This document shows, piece after piece, positions 12,936 through 27,873 of a DNA stretch of 64,000 nt (the stretch's first letter is position 1; every line of letters starts with the position of its first letter). Source of the stretch: the human T2T-CHM13v2.0 reference genome, Homo sapiens; NCBI RefSeq assembly GCF_009914755.1, contig NC_060925.1; one strand, given 5' to 3'. Below the pieces are notes generated by a model. That model was not told where the DNA came from. It saw only the letters and a program-made list of their open reading frames with translations, and searched no databases. The translations under genes were made by a program, and so were the position numbers.

Positions 12936-13170
12936 TTTTAAAAAACTTTTATTTTAGGTTCAGGGGTACATGTGCAGGTTTGTTATGTAGGTAAACTGAA
13001 GTCATGGGGGTTTAGTGTACAGATTATTTCATCACCCAGGTAATAAGCTTAGTACCCAAAGGTTATTTTTTCTGTTCCTCTCCATCTTCCCACCCTTCAC
13101 CCTCGAGTAGGCCCTGTGTCTGTTTTTCCCTTCTTTGTGTTCATGAATTCTCATGTAGCTCTCACCTTTT
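12936..13170 (-). mobile_element. Older L1PA (PA13-PA16-like) 3' terminus
   Basis: ttttattttaggttcaggggtacatgtgcaggtttgttat..tttcatcacccaggtaataagc. Confidence 0.8.
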
Positions 13171-14352
13171 GAATGCATCTCCATTTTTCTCATTTGGCCT
13201 TGCAGCCATACCATGAATTAGATGATGTGAGTATTGCATTCCTCCTACAGTTCTTTGTGATTGTGCTAAGTGCCAGGCTGGGATTCAAACATGAGAATTT
13301 TGATTCAAAACCTCATCCTCTTTCCTGTTTACTATGCAATCTCCAAGCTATAAATATGGAAATACAGAAAGATTAAACATTTGTGATAAAACTGTGCTGT
13401 CATTTTTATATTCCCTGAAAAACTGATCTACCCATCCTCCTTTACTCCCTTGCCAGGCATCGTGCCAGGTGATGGGTGCATAATGAAGAACAAACTAGCC
13501 AGAGTCACACCATTATGGGCATGAGAATATTGTCAAGTGGAGCAAGACTGGCATCAAACAAATAGAAAGCAATATGTAGTTAAAATGTACACAAAGTGCT
13601 AGGAGGGAGAACAGAGGTGCTAAGAGGTATCATTAAAGGGGGCCGACTTAATTTTGGTTGAAAGAAGAAAGGCTTTCTAAGGAAGTGGTATTTAAGTTTG
13701 GACCTGTTAAATGACTAAGACTTTGCTGACCTGTTATGGGCCGGAAGCTCTATGGTGATCTCACTGTTTGAGGAATTAAAAGCAAGGCAGCAAGGGTGGG
13801 AGACACTGGTCTTGTAGGACAGATAAAGAGTCTGAAATGTATACGAAGGAGATGGGGAATCACTAATTCCATCAATATTTTAAGCACAGAAACTACAATT
13901 GTTGTTTAGTTTGAAAATATTGAGGCACAGATGGTGGTGGCTACTCCCTGGTAAATGGACTGGACTGGATACTGAAAAGGAATGAATGGATTTATCATCT
14001 TATTGATATACTTTGATTCGAGTTTTTTTTTTCCATAAAAGTTGAGTGCAGAATGTGAAAAACAATCCAATTACTAAGTATTTCTGGCTACTTGATTCCA
14101 TTACACTCACTTCTGGGAGCTCATTCTTATATGGATCAATAAGGAATCTGCATTCATGTCATTAGAATGCCAGAAAGAGATGGGGAAAACTATAGATATC
14201 CTTTATAATTTATTAACCTGCATAATTACCAAAATATTTTTAAAAACATTTAATATAAAACTCAAGAAAACAAAGCTGAATAATGAAGGAAAAAGATCAG
14301 TGAACTGTACCACAAAACCTCTACTAAGGTTAGCCATTGTCAAGCAACAGAC

Positions 14353-14490
14353 TTTTTTTTTTTTTTTTTTTTTTTTGAGACAGAGTCTCGCTCTGTCACC
14401 CAGGCTGGAGTGCAGTGGTGCAATTTCTGCTCACTGCAACCTCCGCCTCCTAGGTTCGAGCGATTCTTCTGCCTCAGGCTCCTGAGTAGC
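14353..14490 (-). mobile_element. 5'-truncated Alu (right arm only, AluS-like)
   Basis: T-tail plus right arm; TSD agcaacagact(n) starting at 14343 and 14488. Confidence 0.9.
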
Positions 14491-15886
14491 AACAGACTTT
14501 TTTTTTCTGAGATTCACAGGAGCCAAAAAGCAAAACAGAAAAGAAATGTCATGAGTTACCAATCAATACATTTTCTTAAAAAGTTCTTTTTTGTTGTTTT
14601 TCCAAGAAGTTTTCATTTTATGGGAATGAATTTGGTCTAAAATGGACTCTTCTTATATAATAAAACAATTTGCATTTTTGTAAAACGAGAGAATCACAGT
14701 AAATCAATTAACTTTTCTGATTTCTAAAAATAACTATGTACAGTAATCCCACCAAATAAGGAATATGCAATTTTGTACTTAAAAGTAACAGCCAACTTTA
14801 ACAACATTGACATAGTTGTCTTACATCATTATTTATAAACACATTTAAATTTATTGTCCTAGTTTTTGTTAAGAGCAACCCTTTCTCCCCCTAGAAGGTG
14901 AAACCAAGCTCTAAGTACCTTGATCTATCCAATATCTCCTTAGGGAATTCTTAAGTAGCCAGCCAGAACATGCAGTAAGTGCAGTTATGAACTTCACCAC
15001 AATGGTGGCCAGGGCCTTCAGTTCCATCAGGGAATGCACGCCATCTGCTCCAAAAGCCTGTTTTGCACAGGACCTAGAGTTATGCCTGGTGGCTAGAAAG
15101 AGCTCAGCAACTGCTTTTGGATGAATGAAATTTGAACAAAGTTCAAAGTTTTGGTAAAGAGTCTTTATGTTAATTGAGTTGTTTATTAAACAACTCAACA
15201 ACTTTAATGAATGACTTTGGTTAATTGCCCCTTGAACAATGCTAACATCTTGATATTCATTTGTAAACATAAGCACACTACAATGTCAGAGTTAATGCTG
15301 GGCAGTTATTGTACACCAGGCAATGGACTAAATGCTTTGTATGTATCATCACACTGAATCCTCCTAATAGTCCTAGGTGTGAAGTAGGTGGGTCAAGGAA
15401 TCTGAAGCTTCATAACATAAATGACTTGCACAAGACCACACAAGTAATGAGGGGTTTGTGCTGCTGTTTGAATCTAGCAACTGTCTCCAAAGTTCAAGTT
15501 CCTGTTATTTTAAACAATGTTGTTTAAAATTAGCCAAACCAGACCTTTGCCCTTCCTCACAGACATAAAAGGTAGCTAGCCTCCTTTCCCTACCTCTTCC
15601 CCATCCAACACACAGGAACCTAAAGAACTAACTTGGAGAGCGGATACTGTTGGTAGAATCTAACAGCTCAGTGTTTTGAAAGAATGCAAGAATTTTGAGG
15701 TTTTAAACAAATGTGTCGTTTAAATTTTGAGGAGGATTTTTTGGAGTAGAGGTTTGAAGAAATTGTCTCTGTCTTTCTTAGTCTGTTACTCTCTCTTTCT
15801 CTCTGTTTAGTAACTTTTTTCTCTTTTACTTGTCAAGACACCCTTGGCTCTGAGAAAGGACTCTAGAGAAAAATAAAGAAACAAGA

Positions 15887-16488
15887 GTTCAAACATTGTG
15901 GAAGTCAGTGTGGTGACTCCTCAGGGATCTAGAACTAGAAATACTATTTGACCCAGCCATCCCATTACTGGGTATATACCCAAAGGACTATAAATCATGC
16001 TGCTATAAAGACACATGCACACATATGTTTATTGCGGCACTATTCACAATAGCAAAGACTTGGAACCAACCCAAATGTCCCACAATGATAGACTGGATTA
16101 AGAAAATGTGGCACATATACACCATGGAATACTATGCAGCCATAAAAAAGGATGAGTTCATGTCCTTTGTAGGGACATGGATGAAATTGGAAATCATCAT
16201 TCTCAATAAACTATCACAACAACAAAAAACCAAACACCGCATATTCTCACTCATAGGTGGGAACTGAACAATGAGAACACATGGACACATGAAGGGGAAC
16301 ATCACACTCTGGGGACTGTTGTGGGGTGGGGGGAGGGGGGAGGGATAGCTTTAGGAGATCTACCTAATGCTAAATGACGAGTTAATGGGTATAGCACACC
16401 AGCATGGCACATGTATACATGTGTAACAAACCTGCACATTGTGCACATGTACCCTGAAACTTAAAGTATAATAATAATAAAATAAAAA
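15887..16488 (+). mobile_element. 5'-truncated L1PA3-like element (about 600 bp)
   Basis: ORF2 C-terminus (ORF 16025-16267), G-rich 3' UTR, gacgagttaatggg diagnostic, A-tail; TSD aaagaaacaaga at 15875-15886 and 16489-16500. Confidence 0.92.
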
Positions 16489-17939
16489 AAAGAAACAAGA
16501 TGTATAACAAGAGCTATAGGTTTTACAGATCCAACCTAAATAAATGATATTTCTCAAGGTTGTCACTAGTGTAGTAGAAGAGTATTTAGGTCAAACTCTG
16601 ACTAGGAAAGAAACATGTGCAAAAATAAAAAAAAAATTGTTAAAAAGTCATCATTATTTCTTATATTAGTGACAAAATAAAATATTTTAAAGTACATTAG
16701 CAAATACAACCTGAAGGTGGTACAACATTTATCTTGGTCTTTCACGTACATATTTAGGTTTATTGTTCTGAGGGAACTGAAAACTTCTCCAACATTTCAC
16801 GGAGAAATGGTAAGAATAGATCAGTCAAAATTCGTGCAAATATTTGTCAAAAATTATATAAAACCCAATGGGCAGATTTCACCTAGGTCCAGTAATTATT
16901 CTTCATGAAATGAAAAATGGTTCCCATGTTCACTAAGAATGCTTTAATTAGAATGGAAAAGAAGCAAGAATATCCCCAGTTACAGTATATAATAGGAGTA
17001 ATATAGAAAGGGGGGCAGAGGTGGGTCAAGGGCACCAGAATAAAAAGACACCACTGAATACTAATTGCTGTTGACCATTTTGAGAAATAAAAGATTCCAC
17101 TTCACATTAGCATCCATAGGACCAAGGTAATACACCTCCACCTCCACCTCTCTTTGTGGTTTAAGATTAAAGAATTGCTTAAAATTGCTCTGCAAGACAA
17201 TTTCAGTGAATTTGTTAACCAAGAAACATCAGACAGACTGAAGTCATCCTCTGTTAATTTTGAAATACCCCAAAGCTGTGAATGATGCAGCTCACTGTGC
17301 TCAGAGAAAAATAGCGATTTTGAATTTCATTAGATACATTATTTGTTCAACTAGAATGTAGAACTGTCACTTTGTCAGACTAATTAGAGGCCCTGAAGTT
17401 GGTGGTCATAATGCCCAGAAGAATTTTTTTTTGTTATGTCTCAAACCACCAACCAAATTTTTTTCCTTTTCCTTACAGAGACTTCCTACATTTAGACACT
17501 CTAGTTAAGCCTTTGCTTTCGACATTTGAATTCGTCTTAGTATTCCTAAGAGCATTTCTTAGCATTCCTATTATTTTGAATACGATCATATTCATCCAAT
17601 TAGTTTCTAGGCAGCATAGATTAAATTCTTTTTCCTTGAGTACCTGATTGCTTGAGCCCTTTGTTTAAAGCATATCTTCAATTGGAAAAATAATTTAAAA
17701 TATATACAACAATACTGTTCAATTAATTCTATTTTATTTTTGATTCTAATATTGCTCATTGACTTCATTTAAAATAATTCACTGAAGAATTTAGTCTTTG
17801 TGAAATTAAAAATTGATATGCTTAGCAAGGTTAACAATAAATAAATTCAAGCTCAAGTCAAAGCCACTCTTTTCAGGAAGACTGCATTAAATTATCCCTT
17901 GTTGAATGTATCCAACAAGAAAAATAGCAAAATAAATTA

Positions 17940-18247
<308 letters not shown>

Positions 18248-18531
18248 AAATGACTGAGGTCGTGTAGAAAATAAACCATTATATTTTAGAGTTGGACTCT
18301 TCCTCTATGGTGCCATTGAATCCACTATTCTAAGATACAATCAAATACCAAGAAATTAAGTGATCTTTGAATAGTGGAGAAAAATTTAGTCATTTAATGA
18401 TTGAAGAATCAGAGCAGATTGGTTATAAAAGTCATTGTAACAATGGGATTGGATATAATATTCAAGTTTATTAATTAAATTACTCAAATACTAACTAGAT
18501 CTAGCATTAAAATACTTAAATGTGGGGTGTC

Positions 18532-18884
18532 TGCTATGGTCTATGTCCCTCCTATAATTCTTACGTTGAAATTCTCACCGCCAAGGAGATAATATTAGGA
18601 GATGGAGCCTTGGGAGGTGATCAGGTTATGATATTGTAGCCCTCATGAATGCGGTTAGTGCCCTTGTAATAGAGACCCAAGGGAGACTTCTCACCCCTTC
18701 TGCCATGTGAAGTTAGAGTAAAGAAAATGACTGTCTATGAAGAAGAGCCTTCACTAGACACTGAATCTGTCAGCACCTTGATCCTGGACTTCCCAGCCTC
18801 CAGAACTGTGTGAAATACTTTTCTGTTGCTTGTAAGGCACCTAGTCTATAGTATTTTGTTGTAGCCGCCTAAACGGACAAGACA
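18532..18884 (+). mobile_element. MLT1A-type MaLR solo LTR
   Basis: TG..CA termini; ttgatcctggacttcccagcctccagaactgtg..tagtattttgttgtagc motif; 5-bp flanks gtgtc and gcatc. Confidence 0.85.
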
Positions 18885-21800
18885 GCATCCCTTACCTCAA
18901 CATGCCATTAATTTCACATTATCTATTAGTAAGAATAAAACAATAGTCATTGGCAGAATTTAAACTGCTGAAAGACTTCTAAGAACTGATTTCACCTTAT
19001 AAGTAGTAGAGTTAGAATCAACATTTGAGAATAAAAATTATGATATTCATTTTACCACAGCAATGATCAATAATTATATGAAGAAAATTTGTAATCAGGC
19101 TATCAGTGATAGTTATTTGTTTCTAGTAATTTAGTCACAAAATTATTATCCAGTATAGCATTGGCATCAGAAAGCATATGGGATTAATATCAAGGAATTT
19201 TGTCACTTTTAGGTTTATGAACCTAGGGGGATTTAGAAGTCTAAAACAAATGTATTCATATTAATAACGCTTCTTTTATTTTTATATTGCATAAATTGGA
19301 ATACTTATTTGTGAAGAAAAATATGGTAATCAATACATAGCTTTGTCCAGAAGAAGAAAGCATGAATCACCCCCAATTCCCAAGAATTTTCAATTGGTTA
19401 TTTAAAAAATGATTATTAGATATATTGCACAGACATTATAGGGTCCTTCTCCTTAAAATTTTAATTCTAATACTTCCTATACTTCAGGAATCAGCAGCCA
19501 TTAAATAATGGAGTTCTAATTTGCTGCTGCCTAATCTTCTCACATAGGGAAGGAAACAACTGTGCAACGTAACAACTACTATGTGTACTGCATCACGTTG
19601 TATCTATTGCAGGCATCATCATAATTAAGTTCTCAGTGTCAATCCTGTGAGATAGTGCTTATTATTTACTACCATTTACAGAAGAACAAAGTAAAGCAGA
19701 CTCTGATTGTATAACTTGCCGAAGCTCTTACAGCTAGTAGGAGGGGGGAAATTAAGATTTGAACCAAGTCCCACTGATCTTAGGATTCACACTCTTTATG
19801 AGCACAATAACATATGAGTGTAGTGTGTAGTATTTGTGTAGGTGTTACAGATAATCAGAGGAGAGATGGAATGTGGCATTTTCATATATATTATTTTTAT
19901 TCTGCATTGTATTTTCCCTCTCAAGCAACCTATAATTTCATACTTTCTCAAGAAGTAAAACTTTGCAACTATTATTTTTTTTAAGAAAGTAAGCATTGAT
20001 AAAAAGCTGAAAGTTAACTTTAGATTATCAAGACTATTTCACTGACCATAAAGTCTAACAACATAAGAAATTTAGGTTTAATTTTTTCTGAGACGGTCTC
20101 TCAAATACATTTAAAGATTTCAGAGTAGCCTGCATCCAGTCACTAGTTCTACAATAGAACTCTATCTGGCCATGTCACTGTCAGGCACAGTAGCAGAAAT
20201 TACTGTATGTTTTATTCAAAGCCTATTTTTGTCTCTCTCTCTCTCTTAACTAAAACTCTAATTTAGTTGTTGTTCCCTTAGGTACAAAGTACACAGTTCA
20301 TAATTCATTTGATATAAAATGTCAGTTTAGATTCTTGCCCTTCTTTGATAAATGAGAAAAAAACATGTACATTTCAATTTCCTCAATGCTAGAACTACCA
20401 GGAACAACCCCCTGTTGTGTTTCTCAAAGACCTTTGTGTTCAATTAAACATCAAGATTCAGAAACTGTGGGGAAGGATATTTCCAAGACAGAGAGAACAA
20501 ATACATGAGACAGAGGGAGACAGCTAATGCTTTTCCTACTAGTCAGGCGATATCTCCCAAAGAGCATCTTTGATCCTCAAATTAGTCCTCACTTATAATT
20601 TAATATGCCACAACCAGTCTGCTGTTTCCTTACACTTAGTTTTAGAGACAGCTGTTGGAATCATCAAAGAAGATAAAAATGTAGATGTTTACAGGTTAAT
20701 TTTCAACTGAATAGTGATAAGCTTACATATATTTTGTATTTATATATCATGCTTTATGTCCTTTAAACAAAGAATTGAGCAGCTACCTAATGTGCCAGCT
20801 AATCTCAGTGCACACACATTCTTTATTCCTTGTCTAAACCCATTGAGGAAAGTTCTGTAATTATGAAACCCCTTCCCAGATGAGCAAAATGAGGCTTAGA
20901 GAGGAGAAAAGTTTCTCAAGGTCACACAATCAGGAAATGAAAATGCTGGGGATAGCAAGTGGTGGATAAGTTGAATTGTGATATTTTGATAGACACTGTG
21001 CTTTACAAATGCACAGTCTAAGATACACGCTTACTTGATTTATAGCATCAACCATGGGAATAAGATTTAAGCTTTTTCCTGTGATCATGCCCTCAACTTC
21101 AGATTTTGATGAGGAAAGTATTCCTGCTTTCTTATGGCCCAGAGGTCACGCATGGTCATTTTGTGGCCATTCCAGTGAACAATTTTCCCACATACTCATA
21201 CTGTTCACATGGCTTATTTCTAGAATATTCCACATATGAATAAGTGTCTTCACCTGACTAGAGTGTTTTTTCAACTGTTCACAGAAAATTGTTTTAGTAC
21301 AGGAAGAAAAAGATTCTTTCTTTCATTAGTTTTTACAAATATAAGTTTTCTTGCTCTCTTTTAAGAAAGTTTGTTAATTTTTCAAAATTAACACTATTAG
21401 ATAAATTAAGTCTCTTCACAAGAATGCAAACTATGTACAATCAGAAGATCACAATTTATAATAATTTATAATAGAAGTTCATAGGTAAATATGACAGAAG
21501 TTGGGCAAAATACTTGGTGGGCAAGTTAAGTACTTATATCCACACTGGCAAAGGATGAGTCCAACTGGTTGGTTTCTTTGCCTTCTCCACACAGGGTACG
21601 TACCACATAATATTGCTTCTGCTTAATGCTTTTTTGTAAGGCTGTAAACATGTTTTACCTACATTTTTTTTCTCTTATGACATTATAAACTTTAGAGCAT
21701 GGGTTATACAGTCACTGAGGACAGTTCTCTAGGCCATCTGCAACAGGATTTAAAAACTTACTAGTTCAACCAACAATACCCTTAAAATTATATTTGACCC

Positions 21801-21886
21801 TACTATAGAGTCAAGTCACCTCTTCAGATCTGCATTGATTAGTGGGGCATCAAAATCTGTGTTGCTGCTGCCAAGAGAGCATATGA

Positions 21887-21944
21887 ACAGTCAGTAGAAG
21901 AAATAGAGTATAGTTCTACAGTCAGTAGAACAATAGAGTATAGT
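21887..21944. repeat. About 30-bp imperfect tandem duplication at a MIR 5' edge (MIR at about 21940-22165, +)
   Basis: acagtcagtagaagaaatagagtatagt versus acagtcagtagaacaatagagtatagt. Confidence 0.85.
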
Positions 21945-22856
21945 GGCTCAGAACTAGGCTTCTATAGTCAGTCTCTAGGTTTAAATACAGTGTCTGCCTT
22001 TTACTAGTAAGATGACCTTTACTAGTTGCAAGCCAATATTGTTTCTTCAACTTCCTTATGTGTAAATAGGGATAATAATAGCACTTGCCTTACAGGGTTT
22101 GTGAGGAGAATAAAATGAGTTAATATATGCAAAACCACACCTGCACCTAGTATTAATAAATGCTATCTTGGTATGAGTGATCACAACATCAAAAATCTCT
22201 TTTTAGCAAATAAAAGGTTACATGATCTTAATTTTTCTCTAGATACTGGGCACTATGTCAACCTACTCTGGAGTTGTGTTTGTGAACTCCTAGAAGGAAA
22301 AATCTTAGCTATGAGGTCCAATAGACAGCAAACCCTAGAATCCAGGATGAAGATGTAACTGACTTGAGGAAACATATTTCAAAACTGTACAGATGTAGCC
22401 ACAAGAGGCTCATTAAAGAAAATTCCCCAGAGGGGAAAGACTCAGGTTTTAGTTACAAGGAGTTTCTTATAGCAGATGTTCTGTGAAGAAGTTGAAGAGC
22501 AAAGGAAATTTAGCTGACAGTGTCTTCACAGTAGGGCTGATTAGTGTTCCCCAGTGCATAAAACATCATGCCTGTTGCTTTCTGGTGCCACAGGTAGAAC
22601 TCAACATCTGGAATTGGTTATCTTTGGTATCTGTTCCTGGCCCATTCAGGAAGACTGTGAGCAACACGATGGCTTTCTTACATTGGAAAGACCTCTGGCC
22701 CTACGAATGTGACTTATATATTCAAAGACCAGTTGAGCATGGAGGCCTATTATACCTATTTTTCCCTGAGTATTTGTCTCAAATATGAATATGGAATAAA
22801 GTCATAGACAAGATCATATATTTTTTCTTTGAAAGTATTTTAAAGATGGTCTAGCT

Positions 22857-23054
22857 CAGTGGTCTTCAAACTTGTGAAGGCACCCAGTGACCTGGGAGTT
22901 GGTAATGGAATCTCATTAAAACACAGATTGCTTGGCCCCACCCTCAGAATTTCTGGTTAAGTAGGTTGAGAGTAGGGTTTGAGAAGTTGCATTTCAAGCA
23001 AATTTCAAGGAATGTTGAAGTTCCTGGTCTGGGATCACACTATAGATACTGCTG
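22857..23054. mobile_element. MER5A (hAT-Charlie) DNA transposon
   Basis: cagtggtcttcaaact..aaacacagattgcttggccccaccctcagaatttctg..tgcatttc..ctg. Confidence 0.8.
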
Positions 23055-23429
23055 ATCTAATTCACATCTGCCATTTTAGAGATAAGAGACCAACATCATA
23101 GTCAGGTAAAGTTACTTAAGTCAGACCAAACAGCTAATTAGCACAAGAGTTATTACTAGAACTCAGGGCTCTGAGACCTGAAAATAGTGGAGAAACAGCT
23201 CAGAAGATTGTCAAATGAAGTGGCTCTGAGGAGACCCTTCAGAATGGGATGAGCCATTTCACAGTTTTAGAAAATATTATCTCATGTGACATCCAGCTTA
23301 CTTCTTGAGGTTTCCTAATTTGAGAGCCCAAGCAAAAGCCAAACACATATGTTAAGTTTAGCATTTGGCATGATTTTCAGGAAGTGATGAGACTTCTCTA
23401 AATGCTCTCTACTTGTTTTCCTTTCTCTC

Positions 23430-23990
23430 AAGCATTGTGGCAAATGCTTTTGTTTTCAAGTGGCAGAAAACACAACACATAGAGGCTTAAGCAATGAGAT
23501 GGGTAGTGGGTTCCTGTAATCAACAAACAAACAAACAAACAAAAAAACACTCAAGGGAAAGAGCTGGGTTTTGGCAATGCTGGATTCAAAGGATCAAATG
23601 ACGTCACCAGAATCTAGTCTACCTCCTTCTCTCATACCCACTCTGCTTTCTTCCTTGCTGACTAAATTTCTCAGACTCTTTGAGGGGCAACACGGCTGGC
23701 AGCAAATTGAGCCGAATCCCATATTCAAATACAGGGCAAGAGACATGCCTCTGTTTACTGTACTGGTTTACTGCAATTCAGTGGCTTTGATTGGAATGCC
23801 TGTCATTCCTGAAAAAAAATCACTGTGGTTAGGAGAATACAGTGTCCTCATTGGTCAGACCTGGTGATGCAGTCAACTTCACACACAGCGCATGTGCATG
23901 TTCTGATCTTGAAAGAGCCCAGGGTGCTGAGAGGGAAATTGGAGCCCTGTCATCAAAAGAAAGGGTGAAGGTATGCTGGGTGCAAAAATA
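23430..23990 (-). mobile_element. Old MaLR LTR (MLT1J/K-like)
   Basis: caagtggcagaaaac..ggcttaagcaa..ggattcaaaggatcaaatgacgtcaccag; approximate. Confidence 0.55.
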
Positions 23991-24145
23991 GCCCCAGGCC
24001 ACTAGGACTGCACAAGAGCATGATAGTAATCATTACTAATATCCTATTATATGCCTGAGCCAAGGTAAATGGTGAGAGGGATAGAGAAAGAAAAATGGAG
24101 ACCAGCTGTGACTCCTCTGTCTACCTCCATTCACCCATTCATTTT

Positions 24146-24297
24146 TTTTTTCATTTTACTTCTTCTTTTTTAAATTTAAATAGAGATGGGGTCTCACTAT
24201 GTTGCCCAGACTGGTCTCAAACTCCTGAGCTCAACAATCCTCCCACTTCAGCCTCCCAAAGTGCTGGGATTACAAGTGTGAGACACCACACCCAGCC
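24146..24297 (-). mobile_element. FLAM_C / Alu left monomer
   Basis: Single Alu monomer with decayed T-tail; TSD cattc(a/g)tttt at 24136-24145 and 24298-24307. Confidence 0.85.
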
Positions 24298-26230
24298 CAT
24301 TCGTTTTATCTTCCCCATCTAGTAGATAAGACATGATACAAGCATACGAAACATTTAAATAAAAATGAAAGATAGTATACATTTGAAAATGGTCATCAAA
24401 GTGTAAGAGGGATTAATCTAATAAAGTATATATTAGATACCCTCATGTTTCTAGTTTCATTTGTCCCAATTAATTAACAATCATGAAAAGCATAGTGGTT
24501 GTAAGTGAATTTCCCTACTGTTGTCAAAATCTATTCTTCCTTAAGTTTTTAAGTTTTCTTTTAGACTCTGGGGGGTCTATATGCCTTTATAGAGATAGAA
24601 AAAGGGATTTTCTTGATGCTGCTGATGAAAAGAGGTTGGAAATATGGTCTCTAAGTATCTAAGACATATTAAGAATTTTCTCACTTTTGTGAGTATTTAT
24701 ATAGGCAGGTAAATGTTCATAGAATTTTATGCAAATCAGGCATACAGTTTGTCTATGAAAAAATGAGGAACAAGATATTATTTTAAAGAAATAAAGCAAA
24801 AATTTCTTTAGGGCACTATAAAAATTCAAATAAAACTTCAAGTTGCTTTTAGACTGCAGTGTCAGTCAGACAGACATGATTTTTTTTTTAAGCTTAAAGT
24901 TATGGATAAAGCCGTCTTCGAAGAAAAAAAAAGAAAATGAATTGTACTTATTCTTTTTAAAAATGTGAGTTAGAAAATATCAATGGAACTTAAAGGAACA
25001 ATATTTCCCACCCCTCTCCCCTGGTAAAAAAGAAAAAGATGTGATTTTATTTTATTTTTTTAAGTCTCTCTCTCTTGCCCCAGGATGCTTTAAAGATAGC
25101 ACTTAATTGTGTGTGTGGGCGTGTGTATTTCTATATAATCCACATGAGAGTATGCAAATATGGAGAGCTGGCAGCCCTTTGCTGGAGGCTTGTTGAGTCC
25201 ATAGTAAGCACACTTCAAAGTTTCCTTCCCTCTTCTCCATAGCTCAGAAGTTAGTCTTTTTCTAAGGTGTTTTTATAAGCAGGAAGTTCATTGTCAAGAT
25301 GGTGAATACAAAAAGTGAAAAAATTGTTCACAAATTATGAAACAGGAATTTATCCCTCTCTTTGGCTTATGATATGTAATATTACAAACATATACCTCTT
25401 CATACATGCACACACACACACAAAGCAGGTTAAACTATCAATTCCAAAAAAGTAAAGGTAACACTTTTCAGGAAAGGATTTGAGAGCATGTTTAAGACAG
25501 TCATAAATCCTTTGGTTCTATTCTCGTACCTGGGAGAAAGCATGGGTTAAATTAAATGGCCTGGTATGTGTTTTTGAAAGCACACTATTTATTTTATTAA
25601 GAATTTAAATACTTTTTATTTGTTGAATTCTCCTACTTTATTACTTTCAATGGGTTGATTTTTCCAGGGAAAAAATAGCAGCACATTTGGAAGATATACA
25701 CAGAAGTAAAACATTATGCACAACTATTCGAAAGATTCATATGAACTGGATGTAATATAAATTGTGTAGCTTTTAATATACTGAAGGTAAAGACAAACCA
25801 TCTGTTTATGTGGTAGAATGTTGTCGTTTTAAAGAATGCTATTCCTCACCATCCTGTATCTTCATTGTGGCTTTTACATTATAAAAAGCAGTTAATCTCA
25901 TCTTTCCTTCTACCCTCTGAATAAGGGAATATACCATCTTAGCCTATTGCTTATTTCAGCTGCTAACCTACGTTTATTTTTAAAATCTCCATCCCTTTGT
26001 ACTCTTTCAATTTTTAAGATATCCCATTGCCACCTGCACATTAATGTTTCTATTTATATATTTCAAATAAATCTAAGTGGATACAGAGCAGATGAAAAAT
26101 GGAAAACACATATTGAGGAGCTCTATATCTGTACTCGGCAAGCAAGCTTTCACATTTTTGAGAACCATTAATTTTATTTTTAAAAAGTAGCATCTTGACA
26201 TTGTACTAAGTTGATTTTAAAAGGCATAGA

Positions 26231-26312
26231 GTGAGCTGAGATTGCGCCACTGCACTCCAGCCTGGGTGACAGAGCGAGACTCCGTCTCAAAAAAACAAGA
26301 ACAAAAACAAAC
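26231..26312 (+). mobile_element. Extremely 5'-truncated Alu (last ~58 nt plus tail)
   Basis: gtgagctgagattgcgccactgcactccagcctgggtgacagagcgagactccgtctc plus A/C tail; TSD aaaagg(c/t)ataga at 26219-26230 and 26313-26324, at a TTTT/AAAA site. Confidence 0.92.
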
Positions 26313-26881
26313 AAAAGGTATAGAAATATTTTACAATTCTCAGTGCTACAATGCATGAAGAAAGTGCAAGATACAATAGAGTTTGTTTTTGCAATTCTTA
26401 TTTATTTACTCTTTTGCTCTTTCGTATATTCTTGCTTTTTGAGCCAGTTCTAGTTGCCCCTAATTCTCTTAGAGACCCTGCAAAAAAAAAAAAAAAAAAA
26501 TACCATTCTCCACCTGGCTGGTTGATAGTGCTACCCACACAGTTCATTGCTCTAAGGTCTTAGAAAGAGATTTTGGTTGAAATTTGAAAATAGAAGGGAA
26601 AGCTCAGTTCTTTCCTTTAAAAACTGAAGGAGAAAAATAAGTTCACTGAGCAAGTTATGCCACAAATCTCAGACTCAGTCCCTAATCAATTGAAGGGATA
26701 TAATCAATAATTTCTTTTTTCTTTTAAGGCAGAGCTGTGGTAATGCTTAACCTAAGAGAAGAATTTGGTAGCATTGTCCTGCCTCTCCTACTTGGGTAGG
26801 CTGCTCTGAGGGTGGATCATTCTGCCACTTTGGAAGCGTGTCTTTTTCCTAAATAGTAGACACTTGCTTTACCTACCTATC

Positions 26882-27196
<315 letters not shown>

Positions 27197-27254
27197 TGAC
27201 TTGCCAGATTAATAAAAAATTTACATTTACTCTGTATTGCAGAGATGGATAGTT

Positions 27255-27830
27255 GACTACTCTGTAGTTCAAGGGCAACATTCTGCAGTCGCAGGTAGAA
27301 TTATACACTCACAAAGAGTCAGCTGTATTTTTTAAACCTGTGATGTCAATTGTGGTTGTCATTATGATTATGTCATTTAATTAAATAATGCTTAAACTGA
27401 TGAGCACTGTTAACAGAAACCGTTTTCTATGAAAATTTACTGCTTTGAAAAACTTTCAGTGAGGACTTAATAAAACAATACTGTGAAATTCGTTCAGGAA
27501 AAATAACTAAAAGACTTAGGATATTACAAAAGCCTGAAAAATTCTATAATTAGATTCTTCCTTAATTATCTCTAAATTTTTGTTCTCCTTTTAAAGGAGT
27601 TTTCAAAGTGGAAATCAAACTATGCATTATGAATATAGTTTTGGCAGCAAATATGCTGGACTTATAAATACTAAATTAACACTCCAAGAAAACAACTTGG
27701 CCCTATATAACAAGATTGTTGGATAAATATATAGATAAATATATTTATGTGTTCTAAATTAAAGTTGTGTTTAATATATATTTAAATTTTTGGATGTTCT
27801 GTTTTAATCATTATTTTCAGTTAAGTGTTC
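27255..27830 (+). mobile_element. Possible TcMar-Tigger relic (decayed transposase N-terminus)
   Basis: Degenerate similarity to Tigger-family 5' coding region; no ORF; by eye only. Confidence 0.35.
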
Positions 27831-27873
27831 AACCACCAATCACAATAGATAAGTTAATTGAAAATGGTGGTTA

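Noticed and set aside
16322-16345. G-quadruplex-forming tracts here and at about 54844-54865
   Set aside because: Standard L1PA 3' UTR G-rich tract, already explained by the element.
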